From contig CAZTRG010000281.1 of the NCBI GenBank assembly GCA_964615885.1, positions 144 to 64,143 on the forward strand: a stretch of DNA of 64,000 nucleotides, given 5' to 3'. This DNA is from an uncultured Planctomycetia bacterium. Its GTDB lineage: Bacteria > Planctomycetota > UBA8108. The position numbers were made by a program, and so were the translations under genes. Positions 44,969 to 54,156 of the stretch are shown here, piece after piece. The notes under the pieces were generated by a model. It did no database searches. It was not told where the DNA came from and saw nothing but the letters and a program-made list of their open reading frames with translations. Numbering within the stretch: position 1 is the first letter of the stretch; every line of letters begins with the position of its first letter.

Positions 44969-47566
44969 ATGTCCCTATCAAGACTTTTCATCCATGTTCT
45001 GCCTTTCTGCTCCTTGCTCCTGCTGGCGGCCCCTGCTGCCCTGGCACAATCCCGGCTTGTCAGCGAAGGCGACACCTGGAGGTTTTTCAGAGGGGTGTCA
45101 GCACCGCCTGCGGACTGGAACGAGATTGATTTCAATGCAGAGGAGGCCGGCTGGGAGAGCGGGCCCAGTGGCTTCGGCTACGGCGATGACGATGACGCCA
45201 CGGTCATCAATGACATGGCTGATAACTACCTCTCTCTCTATGTCCGGATAGAATTCGATGTTCCCGAGGAGCTTGCCGAGGCCTGGCTGGAACTTAGCGT
45301 TCGCTACGATGACTCCTTTGTCGCCTATATCGATGGCGAAGAGGTCGCCCGGCGGGGTATCGACGGAGAGCCGCCGCTCTTTGATGCTCCCGCCTCCACA
45401 GAGCACGAGATCACCAGCGCCGATGGCTTTGACGAAGAATTCCTGCTCGAGCAGACCGAGCTCGACACCGGACGGCATGTGCTGGCCGCCGAGATCCACA
45501 ATGTCACCCTCACCTCCAGCGATCTCTCATTCTCCGCTGAGCTGATGGCATCCCAGATCCTGATCACCTCGATCGACCCATCCTTCGGTCCGCTGGAGGG
45601 GGGCAATACCGTGAGGATCTCAGGACTCGGAATCTTCCCCGGCCTGAACCCTGATGTCTCCTTCGGCAACCTCGAATCTCCCTCGGTCACCATAGAGGAC
45701 GGGGCCATCCTTGCCGTCGTCCCTGCTTCGGAAGTTACCGGGGTGGTGGATGTCATCATCGACAGCCCGACGGCATCGGCCATCCTCCCCGGCGGCTACG
45801 TCTATACCGATCCAAACGGTGGAACGATGGGTCTGAACTTCACCGATGGGCCCTTCGCCACCGCTGAAGGCTTCAGCGGGTCTCTTGTCGAGGGCACCCT
45901 GCAGGCCTGGTTCCGACGCTCGCCTCGCAATGGCGGCTTCGCTAATTTTGCCTACAACACGCTCTTCGCAATTGAGGCCCCCGATGGCTCCGATGCCTTC
46001 ATCGTGGAGCTGAGACCCGGCAATATCAGGGCGAGAACCGCCTCCGATGGCGACTTTGATGACCTGACCGCCTCGGCTGAGCTGGCCGAGGGCGAGTGGC
46101 ACAACATCTGCTGCACCTTCTCCCAGCGCGGGCGAGCCATCTACCTCGACGGCCAGCAGCTCCTCAGCGACAACTTCCCCACGAGCCTCCCAGGCAGTGA
46201 CCGGATCCGCCTCGGATCCCGCTTCCAACCCGAGGGCGGCTTCTTCGGCGGCGGCGAGCTCAATGGCCTTGTGCGCTCAGCATCGGTCTGGAACTTTGAG
46301 CGTTTTGAAGATGAGATCCGGCGGGAGCTGTTCATGCCGGCTGAGGAAGACCCCTACATCGGCGCCAACTGGAACATGAATGAAGGTGCCGGGGACACGG
46401 CCTCCGACAGCGGCGACCGTGAAATCGACCTCATCCTGGGATCAGGTGCTGGAGCCGATGCAGATGACCCCGAATGGGTGACCATCGATGACTTCCCCTC
46501 CTTCATGCTGACCGGTATCCTGCCCGCCTCCGGGCCCATCACCGGCGGCGAGACCATCAGGATCTTCGGCGGCGGCTTCCCCAGCGAGGGAGATGCTGTC
46601 GTCACCTTCGGCGGGGTGGCCTCTGAAAAGGTCGAGCTCGTCAGCGACTGGGAGATGACCGCGGAGACACCTGCCTCGGAGACCTTCCAGGTGGTCGACA
46701 TCGTGGTTGAAACGGCCGGCGGCAGCGGCCGGCTCGCCGGGGCCTACACCTACGCCCCCGACCCGGCCAGCATCTTCAGGGCCGTCGAGGAAGGAGACAC
46801 CTGGGATTATATCGTCGCCAACGAGGCGATGCCGGCGAACTGGAACCTGCCCGAGTTCCGCCCCCAGGAAAACGGCTGGGAGAGAGGGCCGACCGGAATC
46901 GGCTACGGAGATGACGATGACGCAACCATCGTCAACGGGGTCCAGGACCAGGCCCTGTCGGTCTTCGCCCGCTACGAATGGCTGCTGAGTGGTGGTGGCG
47001 AGAGGATGAACTTCCTGCGCATGAACATTCGCTACGATGACGGCTTCGTCGCCTACCTCAACGGCACCGAGATCGCCCGCGCCAACATCGATGGCTTCCC
47101 TCCTGCCTTTGACACCCCGGCAACTGAAACGCACGAGATCACCGGCGGTGAGGGCGTCTTCGATGAGGTCATCGACCTCACCGGGCTCCGTGACAGCCTG
47201 CGCAACGGCCTCAACGTCCTGGCCATCCAGATCCACAACAACACCATCGGCTCCAGCGACATGTCTCTCTCCGCCGAGCTCGAATTCTCCGCCACCGGTG
47301 AGACCTTCATCCGCGGAGACGTCGACAACAACAAGAGCTGGAACGTCAGCGATGCGGTCAAGATCCTGCTGCACGCCTTCACCGGCCTCGAGCTGCCCTG
47401 TCTTGAGGCGGCCGATGTCAACGACAGCGGCCGCATCGACATGGAGGATGGGGTCCGCCTGCTGAACTTCATCTTCACCCAGGGCGAAGCTCCCCCTCCC
47501 CCGCTCTTCGAGGCGCTGCCTGACCTCGACAGCGATGAGCTGGGGTGCGAAAACGCCGGGGAATAA
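44969..47566 (+). CDS. secreted multidomain protein: GYGD module + IPT/TIG + LamG/ConA-like + IPT/TIG + GYGD module + dockerin-like tail
   Basis: Signal peptide MSLSRLFIHVLPFCSLLLLAAPAALA. IPT-like ITSIDPSFGPLEGGNTVRISG and LTGILPASGPITGGETIRIFG. LamG-like LQAWFRR...EWHNICCTF...IYLDGQQ. GGGAGGA lies upstream of the ATG. Confidence 0.8.
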   Translation: MSLSRLFIHVLPFCSLLLLAAPAALAQSRLVSEGDTWRFFRGVSAPPADWNEIDFNAEEAGWESGPSGFGYGDDDDATVINDMADNYLSLYVRIEFDVPEELAEAWLELSVRYDDSFVAYIDGEEVARRGIDGEPPLFDAPASTEHEITSADGFDEEFLLEQTELDTGRHVLAAEIHNVTLTSSDLSFSAELMASQILITSIDPSFGPLEGGNTVRISGLGIFPGLNPDVSFGNLESPSVTIEDGAILAVVPASEVTGVVDVIIDSPTASAILPGGYVYTDPNGGTMGLNFTDGPFATAEGFSGSLVEGTLQAWFRRSPRNGGFANFAYNTLFAIEAPDGSDAFIVELRPGNIRARTASDGDFDDLTASAELAEGEWHNICCTFSQRGRAIYLDGQQLLSDNFPTSLPGSDRIRLGSRFQPEGGFFGGGELNGLVRSASVWNFERFEDEIRRELFMPAEEDPYIGANWNMNEGAGDTASDSGDREIDLILGSGAGADADDPEWVTIDDFPSFMLTGILPASGPITGGETIRIFGGGFPSEGDAVVTFGGVASEKVELVSDWEMTAETPASETFQVVDIVVETAGGSGRLAGAYTYAPDPASIFRAVEEGDTWDYIVANEAMPANWNLPEFRPQENGWERGPTGIGYGDDDDATIVNGVQDQALSVFARYEWLLSGGGERMNFLRMNIRYDDGFVAYLNGTEIARANIDGFPPAFDTPATETHEITGGEGVFDEVIDLTGLRDSLRNGLNVLAIQIHNNTIGSSDMSLSAELEFSATGETFIRGDVDNNKSWNVSDAVKILLHAFTGLELPCLEAADVNDSGRIDMEDGVRLLNFIFTQGEAPPPPLFEALPDLDSDELGCENAGE
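45053..45550 (+). repeat. GYGD module (copy A1)
   Basis: GDTWRFFRG...GWESGPSGFGYGDDDDATVINDMADNYLSLYVRIEF...YDDSFVAYIDGEEVAR...GRHVLAAEIHN...SSDLSF. Confidence 0.65.
46772..47287 (+). repeat. GYGD module (copy A2)
   Basis: GDTWDYIVA...GWERGPTGIGYGDDDDATIVNGVQDQALSVFARYEW...YDDGFVAYLNGTEIAR...GLNVLAIQIHN...SSDMSL. Confidence 0.65.
47303..47566 (+). other. dockerin-like double EF-hand C-terminal tail (copy 3 of 3)
   Basis: TFIRGDVDNNKSWNVSDAVKILLHAFTGLELPCLEAADVNDSGRIDMEDGVRLLNFIFTQGEAPPPPLFEALPDLDSDELGCENAGE. Confidence 0.65.
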
Positions 47567-47578
47567 GAACCTCCCGGC

Positions 47579-48352
47579 TCAGGTCAGGTCCCGGTATTCG
47601 CGCCTGGAGAACCAGTACATCCCCAGCAACAGGAAGCCGGCTGCAATTGAGGCCAGGACGAGGGCTGCATCGCTGCCTTCAAGCAGCTCAAGCTGGAAGA
47701 TTCCCGTCCTCTCCCTGGGAGCGACTCCAAGCTCCCCGGCCGCATCGTAGAGCATGGAGCGAATGTAGAAACTGATCGAGACCTGCTTGAGAACACCCGG
47801 CACGCTCCCCATGAAGAACTCCACCAGGAAGACATAGGCAACCCCAAGCAGGGTTGAGTTGCGGAAGGCAGCCCCCAGCCAGCTGAAAAACGCCAGGTAG
47901 GCAAGAACTCCGAAGATTACCGTGGGCGCGAAAACCGTGGCCACCTTGAAGAAGGAGAGGGACAACCCGCCGGCAAGGGTAGCTGTGGCGCAGATTCCCA
48001 GCAGCGTCCCGAGCGCGATCCCCAGCACCAGCGGCACGCTGCCAAGCACCTTGGCAAGAAACAGGCTCCAGCGCGGCAGGGGGCGGGTTGAGAGGTAGAC
48101 CAGGGTCTTGTCCTCACGCTCATCTCCAAGCACAGCGGTACCGAAGGTGAGGGCGACAACCGGTAAGAAGAACCTGCAGAACGGCCGCTCGATGATAGCC
48201 CGGATAAAGCGCCTGATGCTCAGGGAGCGCTCGTCACCAACGACAGCCACCACCACAACAAGCAGGACAAAAAGAAGGAGGGCTACTGCAAGGCGGCGGG
48301 GACGAAGCTGGCGACGCAGGCTGAAATAGATGAGGTAGAACCAGGAGCTCAT
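47579..48352 (-). CDS. ABC-2-type transporter permease
   Basis: A polytopic membrane protein with about 6 hydrophobic segments. It is the last gene of a four-gene overlapping operon. Confidence 0.7.
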   Translation of the reverse strand: MSSWFYLIYFSLRRQLRPRRLAVALLLFVLLVVVVAVVGDERSLSIRRFIRAIIERPFCRFFLPVVALTFGTAVLGDEREDKTLVYLSTRPLPRWSLFLAKVLGSVPLVLGIALGTLLGICATATLAGGLSLSFFKVATVFAPTVIFGVLAYLAFFSWLGAAFRNSTLLGVAYVFLVEFFMGSVPGVLKQVSISFYIRSMLYDAAGELGVAPRERTGIFQLELLEGSDAALVLASIAAGFLLLGMYWFSRREYRDLT

Positions 48353-49302
48353 GCCTTGCCTCCGGGCTCTGCCCCCAGCAGGTAGGCGAAGACCGCCTCG
48401 GCCGAGGTGTCGAGGGGAACCAGTCGCTCAATCCCGATGCCAAGCTCCAGGACCAGGGCGGGCAGGGCCCGGTAGAAGCTCTCGGCCTGGGGGACGCTCA
48501 AAATGAGATCCTCGGAACCCGCTGCCGTGCTCCGGCGCTCAAAAGAAATCCCCGTAACCAGGCCTGATTCCATCAGCCGGGCCCCGAGCCTCCGCGGATC
48601 GCTGGCACTGATGAGTAATTTCAGCGGATGGTCCTTGAGAAGGCGGCGGACCTCATCGAGAGGGCCGGAGGCGATGACCTTGCCCTCAGCCAGGAACACG
48701 ATGCTGCTGGTGACCGCCTCGATCTCCTCCAGGATATGGCTCGAAACCAGGACCGTCACGCCCCGGGCAGCCTGCTCTTCAAGGAGTCCCAGCAGCTCGC
48801 GCCGGCCTCCCGCATCGATTCCGTTCAGGGGCTCATCGAGCACCAGGATATCGGGCTTGTGAACCAGGGCCTGGGCCAGCTTGGCTCGCTGCCGCATCCC
48901 CTTTGAGCAGGCCTTCAGGCGCTTGCCGGCATACTCGAGCGCACCCGTGCGTCCTAGCGCCTCGCGTGCGAAGGCATCGGAAGAGCTTCCGAGTCCGCAC
49001 AGGCGGCCCATGGCACGGACAAAACCGAGCACGCTCATGTCCTCGTAGAAAGAATCTCCCTCGGGGGCGTAGCCCACCCTTCGGCGAACCGCCGAAGACC
49101 TCCAGGCATCCTCCCCGAAGACAAGCGCCTCCCCGCAGGAGGGCTTGAGCTGGCCGGTTAAAATCTTCATCAGGGTCGACTTGCCGGCGCCATTGGGCCC
49201 CACCAGCCCGGTGATCCCGGGCAGCAGGTCAAAGCTCACCCCGTTCAGACCGGTAACGTCCCCGTACCACTTGGCCAGCTCTCGAAGTGAAACCGGTTTC
49301 AT
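48349..49302 (-). CDS. ABC transporter ATP-binding protein
   Basis: Walker A GPNGAGKST, signature CSKGMRQR-like, and Walker B ILVLDEP. Confidence 0.9.
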   Translation of the reverse strand: MKPVSLRELAKWYGDVTGLNGVSFDLLPGITGLVGPNGAGKSTLMKILTGQLKPSCGEALVFGEDAWRSSAVRRRVGYAPEGDSFYEDMSVLGFVRAMGRLCGLGSSSDAFAREALGRTGALEYAGKRLKACSKGMRQRAKLAQALVHKPDILVLDEPLNGIDAGGRRELLGLLEEQAARGVTVLVSSHILEEIEAVTSSIVFLAEGKVIASGPLDEVRRLLKDHPLKLLISASDPRRLGARLMESGLVTGISFERRSTAAGSEDLILSVPQAESFYRALPALVLELGIGIERLVPLDTSAEAVFAYLLGAEPGGKA

Positions 49303-50249
49303 GAAACCACCTCCACCGCCCGGGTCTTATGCCAGAAGGCCCACAGGGCGATCGACAACCAGGCCACCAGGGCACCCACGGCCTCCAGCGGCAACAGGGC
49401 CATTGTTCCTAGCTGCGGGTTCACCCCGAAGAAGATGTCGCCGATCCGCGAAAGCAGTCCCCAGAAATCCAGCATTCCCCAGTACCGGGTATCCGTCCCT
49501 ACCCGCAAGAGCGTGGTGATACCCGGCAAGAAGACGAAGATCAGGCCCCAGACCATAACGATCGAGATGGTTCTCTGTAAAAGTGCAGCCACCCCCAGCA
49601 GGATGACTGACATACCTGTACTGACCAGCAGTCCATAGCCCAGGATGGCAAAGAGGATGTAGCCGGAGTCGGTAAAGTAGCTGAAGGAATCACTGAAGAG
49701 CCCGTACTCGATAAAGAGCACCAGGCAGGGCAGGAGGGTCAACATGCCGACGAGCATGGAGGTGGCCGCGAGCTTGCCGAGGAAATACTGCCCGCGCCCC
49801 AGCGGCTTGGACAGGTAATAGGTGAGTGAGCGGAAACGGAAATCATTGCTGACGAGGACCGTGCCGCTGACCGCCAGCAGGAGCATGACGACGATATTCT
49901 GGGCAAAGATAAAGTTACGGTAGGCCTCACCATTGCCGGTGAAGGCAAAGTTCCTGGCGAATTCGATGGCGCCCTGGGGAAGCCCCCGCTTCTTGAGGTC
50001 GGCAAGGAAATAGATCATCGAGCTGAAAAACAGGAAGTTCAGCAGGCCAAGGCCGAGGAAGACCTTGAAGATCCAGCGCTTCATCACCAGCTTCAGGCCA
50101 ACCCGCGCCACCGGCCACCAGGTCATCGCAGCGGGGCGTGATTCTTCCTTCGAAACCGGGCGGCTCAAACGCCAGCGGTCAGCGACCGTGGCCCCCGGCA
50201 CCTCTGCCGGCAGGTCTTCTTCGCTGATTTCCCTGGGGGCTTCGCTCAT
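49299..50249 (-). CDS. ABC-2-like transporter permease with an acidic cytoplasmic N-terminus
   Basis: A polytopic membrane protein. ATG at 50249 (TTG at 50252 is also possible), overlapping the upstream ATPase stop. Confidence 0.65.
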   Translation of the reverse strand: MSEAPREISEEDLPAEVPGATVADRWRLSRPVSKEESRPAAMTWWPVARVGLKLVMKRWIFKVFLGLGLLNFLFFSSMIYFLADLKKRGLPQGAIEFARNFAFTGNGEAYRNFIFAQNIVVMLLLAVSGTVLVSNDFRFRSLTYYLSKPLGRGQYFLGKLAATSMLVGMLTLLPCLVLFIEYGLFSDSFSYFTDSGYILFAILGYGLLVSTGMSVILLGVAALLQRTISIVMVWGLIFVFLPGITTLLRVGTDTRYWGMLDFWGLLSRIGDIFFGVNPQLGTMALLPLEAVGALVAWLSIALWAFWHKTRAVEVVS

Positions 50250-51283
50250 CAACCCGCCTCCCCCGGCCCTGCAGCTGTCTGCGCCGTGGCCTCCGCAGCA
50301 ACAATGCGCTCGAAAACCGTCTCGAGGTTCTCTTCATGGGGCCAGAGCCCCGAGAGCAGACCGGCCTGCTCAGCAACTCCACCGGCGGCGAAGGCCTCAA
50401 AGAGAAGCCGGGTATCGGTCTTCTCCGGCAGGGTAACGATGTATTCCCGTGATCCGGCGCCGACACGGGGAGGCAGAGACTCTACCTCGGCACCCTGCTG
50501 CGCCAGGAGCTCGCCGAGATCCTCCCGGGCGCTGGAGACCTGGATCCGGTAGCTGTTGGCCCTTGATGAAGCCAGGGTGCCCACCTCGCCGTGGGCCAGC
50601 ACCCTGCCCTTGTCGAGAATGACAACTGAATCGCAGACCCGCTCGACATCGCCGAGCAGGTGGCTCGACAGCAGAATCGATTTCCCCTGGTCCTGGTGAA
50701 GACGCGAGATCAGCTCGAGCATCGCCGAGCGTCCGGCCGGGTCGAGACCGTTGGTCGGCTCATCCAGGATGACCAGGTCCGGGTTGTTGATCAGCGCCTG
50801 GGCGAGCTTGGCGCGCTGGCGGATGCCGGTCGGCTGCTCCTCGATGAGGCGGTAGCGCGCCTCCTCGAGGCCGAGCAGCGAGAGGACCTCGTGGGCGCGG
50901 CGGCGGGCAGCAACCGGCTTCTGCCCGTGGAGCTCGCCGGCAAGCGAGACGAACTGCAAAACCGTCAATCCCGCGACAAAGCTGTCATTCTCGGGCATAT
51001 AGCCCACCCGGGACCTCGCCCGGCGGGACTCCTTTGCCGTATCGAAGCCCAGCATCCAGGCCCGGCCCGAAGATGGAGCCAGCAAGCCCATGAGCATGTT
51101 CAGCAGCGTCGACTTGCCGGCCCCGTTGGGGCCCAGCAGCCCGATCACCCCGGGCTCGAGAACCACCTCGTCGGCCTCGAAGGCGAGATAGGTGCCATAA
51201 TAGCGCTTCAGACGTTCAAGACGAACCAGCTCACTCACGGTCAACTCCCGGATCCTGCTTACCTCGATGGCGTATCCTAACAC
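50249..51283 (-). CDS. ABC transporter ATP-binding protein
   Basis: Walker A GPNGAGKST, Q-loop, signature PTGIRQR-like, and Walker B LVILDEP. The GTG start from the ORF track is uncertain. Confidence 0.85.
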   Translation of the reverse strand: MLGYAIEVSRIRELTVSELVRLERLKRYYGTYLAFEADEVVLEPGVIGLLGPNGAGKSTLLNMLMGLLAPSSGRAWMLGFDTAKESRRARSRVGYMPENDSFVAGLTVLQFVSLAGELHGQKPVAARRRAHEVLSLLGLEEARYRLIEEQPTGIRQRAKLAQALINNPDLVILDEPTNGLDPAGRSAMLELISRLHQDQGKSILLSSHLLGDVERVCDSVVILDKGRVLAHGEVGTLASSRANSYRIQVSSAREDLGELLAQQGAEVESLPPRVGAGSREYIVTLPEKTDTRLLFEAFAAGGVAEQAGLLSGLWPHEENLETVFERIVAAEATAQTAAGPGEAG

Positions 51284-51409
51284 GACTACGAAGGCTTGCC
51301 ACCTCGCACCACACGGCCTGTCATAGCTTGACAGCCGCCTGTGGCTTTCGCATGATCATGCCGCGGCCGGACAAATCAAATACCATTGCTGGAATCGAAG
51401 CAGGCAACT

Positions 51410-51697
51410 ATGCGCACCCTGGTCATTGCACTGATCATTCTCCTCGCCATCCTCCACCACGACTGGTGGTGGTGGGACTCGAAAGAACCCCTGGTCCTCG
51501 GCTTCATGCCCATCGGGCTGGCCTGGCACGCGGGGATCTCCCTGGCAGCCGGGCTCGTTGGCCTGGTGGCAGTAAAGTTCTGCTGGCCGGAGCACCTTGA
51601 CGATGAAGAGGAAGATGCCGGTACTCAGTCGCCAGAAGACGATCCCGGCGGAGCCGAGGATAATTTGGCGGAAGCAGAGAAAGAGGAGGCCAGCTAA
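51410..51697 (+). CDS. small membrane protein (DUF3311-like) coupled to a sodium:solute symporter
   Basis: MRTLVIALIILLAILHHDWWWWDSKEPLVLGFMPIGLAWH: two TM helices with a Trp cluster. Its TAA stop overlaps the ATG of the symporter (TAATG). Confidence 0.6.
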   Translation: MRTLVIALIILLAILHHDWWWWDSKEPLVLGFMPIGLAWHAGISLAAGLVGLVAVKFCWPEHLDDEEEDAGTQSPEDDPGGAEDNLAEAEKEEAS

Positions 51698-53385
51698 TGT
51701 CCTTCACCATCATCCTCTGCTACCTCTCCCTGCTGCTCTTCCTGGGAATTTTCGCCGGCCGCCTGCTGAAGAAAAGCTCGGGCGACTTCTTCCTCGCCAG
51801 CCGCGGCATCGGCCCCTTCATGCTGCTGATGTCGGTCTTCGGCACGACGATGACAGCCTTCGCCCTCATCGGCTCAACCGGCAAGACCTTTGAATTCGGA
51901 GTCGGGGTCTACGGACTCATGGCCTCCTGGTCAGGCATTATCCATGCTGCGATCTTCTTCCTCATCGGCGCCAAGGTCTGGGCCCTGGGCAAGAAACACG
52001 GCTACCTCACCCAGCTGAGCTACTTCCGCGACCGCTACCAATCCGATGGACTGGTGCTGCTGCTCTTCCCGCTGGTGGTGTCCTTTGTCGTTCTCTACCT
52101 GCTGATTGGTGTCATTGGAGCCGGGCGCTTCATCGAGGGCGTCACTCCGGAGACCTTCAGCAAGAGCGAGGTGGTGACCCTCGTGCCGCTGGCCGCGGCT
52201 CCCGCCGACCTTAAAATTCCCGACGACTGGCAGGAGAGGGTCTCCGTCAAAGACGGCCAGCTCTCCGTCAGCGGTTCGCTCCATCCCAAGCGCAAGGGCC
52301 TCTTCATGAAGCTCAGCAAGGCGCCCGAGTGGAAAAAGGCCGTCAACGAGCTGATGAAAAAGGCTCCACGCGGAGCGGTTCCCACGCCGGCCGGCATGGC
52401 GATTGTCTGCCTGGTGGTGCTCTTCTACGTCTTCTTCGGAGGCATGCGGGCGACCGCCTGGGCCAACACCATGCAGACCCTCGTCTTCATGGTCATGGGA
52501 TTGATTGCCTTCTATGTCATCACCGATGCGCTCGGCGGCCCGGTGGAGGCATCTAAAAAGCTGCTGGCGAACGAAGAGAAAAACTCCGTCATGGCGCGAG
52601 AGGGCCTGATCGGAAAATGGCAATTCCTCACCTATTTCTTCATCCCGCTGTCGGTGGGCATGTTCCCCCACCTCTTCCAGCACTGGCTGACAGCCAGGAA
52701 GGCGAGCAACTTCAAGCTCACTGTTGTTGCCCACCCGATCTGTATTCTCATCACCTGGGTACCCTGCGTCCTGCTCGGAATGTGGGCCTTCGGTATCCTG
52801 CCCGATGGAACCAACCCCAACGCGGTACTCGGAATGATGGTCGCGCGCTACTCAGGCGAGGTGCTCGCCGGGCTGATCGGAGCCGGGGTGCTGGCCGCAA
52901 TCATGTCGAGCATGGATTCGCAATTTCTCTGCCTCAGCAGCCTCTTCACCAATGACATCGTCTCCCATCACTTCGGCAAAGACGGGATCAGCGATGAAAA
53001 GAAGATTCTGCTCGGCAGAGGCTTCGTCGTGCTGATCGTGCTCGTGTGCTACCTCATCGGGCTGAGCAATACCCAGTCAGTCTTCGATCTGGGCGTCTGG
53101 TGCTTCACCGGCTTCGCCGGCCTCTTCCCCATTCTCGTTGCTGCGCTCTACTGGAAACGCAGCAACAAGCAGGGAGCCATCGCCGGGGTCCTGACCCTCG
53201 CGGTGCTCGAGACCACGGGTTATCTCCTCAGCCTGGGAGATCACGAGGGAGAGTTCCTGATCCTGGGAATGATGCCGGTTGCCTTCATCGTCACCATCAC
53301 GACCGCGGTGATGGTCATTGTCACGCTGCTGACGCCGCCGCCGGACGAGGCGATCGTTGAAAAGTTCTTCCCCGCTGGGGATTGA
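51697..53385 (+). CDS. sodium:solute symporter family (SSF) transporter
   Basis: About 13 hydrophobic segments, SSF-like blocks (FFLASRGIGPF, GGMRATAWANTMQ), and a roughly 90-aa hydrophilic insertion after about TM4. Confidence 0.85.
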   Translation: MSFTIILCYLSLLLFLGIFAGRLLKKSSGDFFLASRGIGPFMLLMSVFGTTMTAFALIGSTGKTFEFGVGVYGLMASWSGIIHAAIFFLIGAKVWALGKKHGYLTQLSYFRDRYQSDGLVLLLFPLVVSFVVLYLLIGVIGAGRFIEGVTPETFSKSEVVTLVPLAAAPADLKIPDDWQERVSVKDGQLSVSGSLHPKRKGLFMKLSKAPEWKKAVNELMKKAPRGAVPTPAGMAIVCLVVLFYVFFGGMRATAWANTMQTLVFMVMGLIAFYVITDALGGPVEASKKLLANEEKNSVMAREGLIGKWQFLTYFFIPLSVGMFPHLFQHWLTARKASNFKLTVVAHPICILITWVPCVLLGMWAFGILPDGTNPNAVLGMMVARYSGEVLAGLIGAGVLAAIMSSMDSQFLCLSSLFTNDIVSHHFGKDGISDEKKILLGRGFVVLIVLVCYLIGLSNTQSVFDLGVWCFTGFAGLFPILVAALYWKRSNKQGAIAGVLTLAVLETTGYLLSLGDHEGEFLILGMMPVAFIVTITTAVMVIVTLLTPPPDEAIVEKFFPAGD

Positions 53386-53556
53386 GCTCTCCGCCCCCCT
53401 GCGGGGTTTACAATAGTCCGTCCTGCCCGGCGGGCGCGATGATGACCAGCCCCCTGGGCGCAGACCCTGAGAGCGGGCTGCGCGCCGCTTGTCTTGAACG
53501 GGGTGATAGTCTATTCTCGGCTTTCCCCTGAAACGCAATTCAAGCCGGCGGCCGGA

Positions 53557-54156
53557 ATGATTCTACTCATCGACAATTTTGACAGCTTCGTCTACAACCT
53601 TGCCCGCTACCTCGAGGAGCTTGGGCAGGAGTGCGAGGTTGTTCGGAATGACGCCATCACCCCGGCTGAAATCCGGCGGCGGTCCCCGGATGCCATCGTT
53701 CTCTCCCCCGGGCCCTGCGACCCTGGAAATGCCGGTGTCTGCGTCGAGGCCGTGCAGGAGCTTGGCGGTGAGCTGCCCATCCTGGGGGTCTGCCTCGGCC
53801 ACCAGGCCATCGGCGCGGCCTGGGGCGCAGAGATCATCCGCGTCGAGCCCTGCCACGGCAAGACCGCCAGGATCCTCCACGATGGCCGCGGTATCTTCGA
53901 GGGCCTGCCGGAGAGTTTTGCCGGCGGCCGCTACCATTCGCTTGCGGTTTCTGAAGAAAACCTCCCCGAAGAGCTCGAGGTGTCAGCGCGCACAGAAGAC
54001 GGCATCATCATGGCCCTTCGCCACCGGGACAAGCCCGTCTGCGGTATCCAGTTCCACCCCGAGAGCATTCTCACCGAACACGGGCACACGCTGCTTGAGA
54101 GCTTTCTTCACCTTGCGGGCATCCGCACCCGCCTGCCGGCCCAGGAGACCGCATGA
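53557..54156 (+). CDS. glutamine amidotransferase component II of anthranilate/aminodeoxychorismate synthase (TrpG/PabA)
   Basis: MILLIDNFDSFVYNL, LSPGPC, GVCLGHQAIG (catalytic Cys) and GIQFHPES (His-Glu). Start is the internal ATG. Confidence 0.9.
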   Translation: MILLIDNFDSFVYNLARYLEELGQECEVVRNDAITPAEIRRRSPDAIVLSPGPCDPGNAGVCVEAVQELGGELPILGVCLGHQAIGAAWGAEIIRVEPCHGKTARILHDGRGIFEGLPESFAGGRYHSLAVSEENLPEELEVSARTEDGIIMALRHRDKPVCGIQFHPESILTEHGHTLLESFLHLAGIRTRLPAQETA

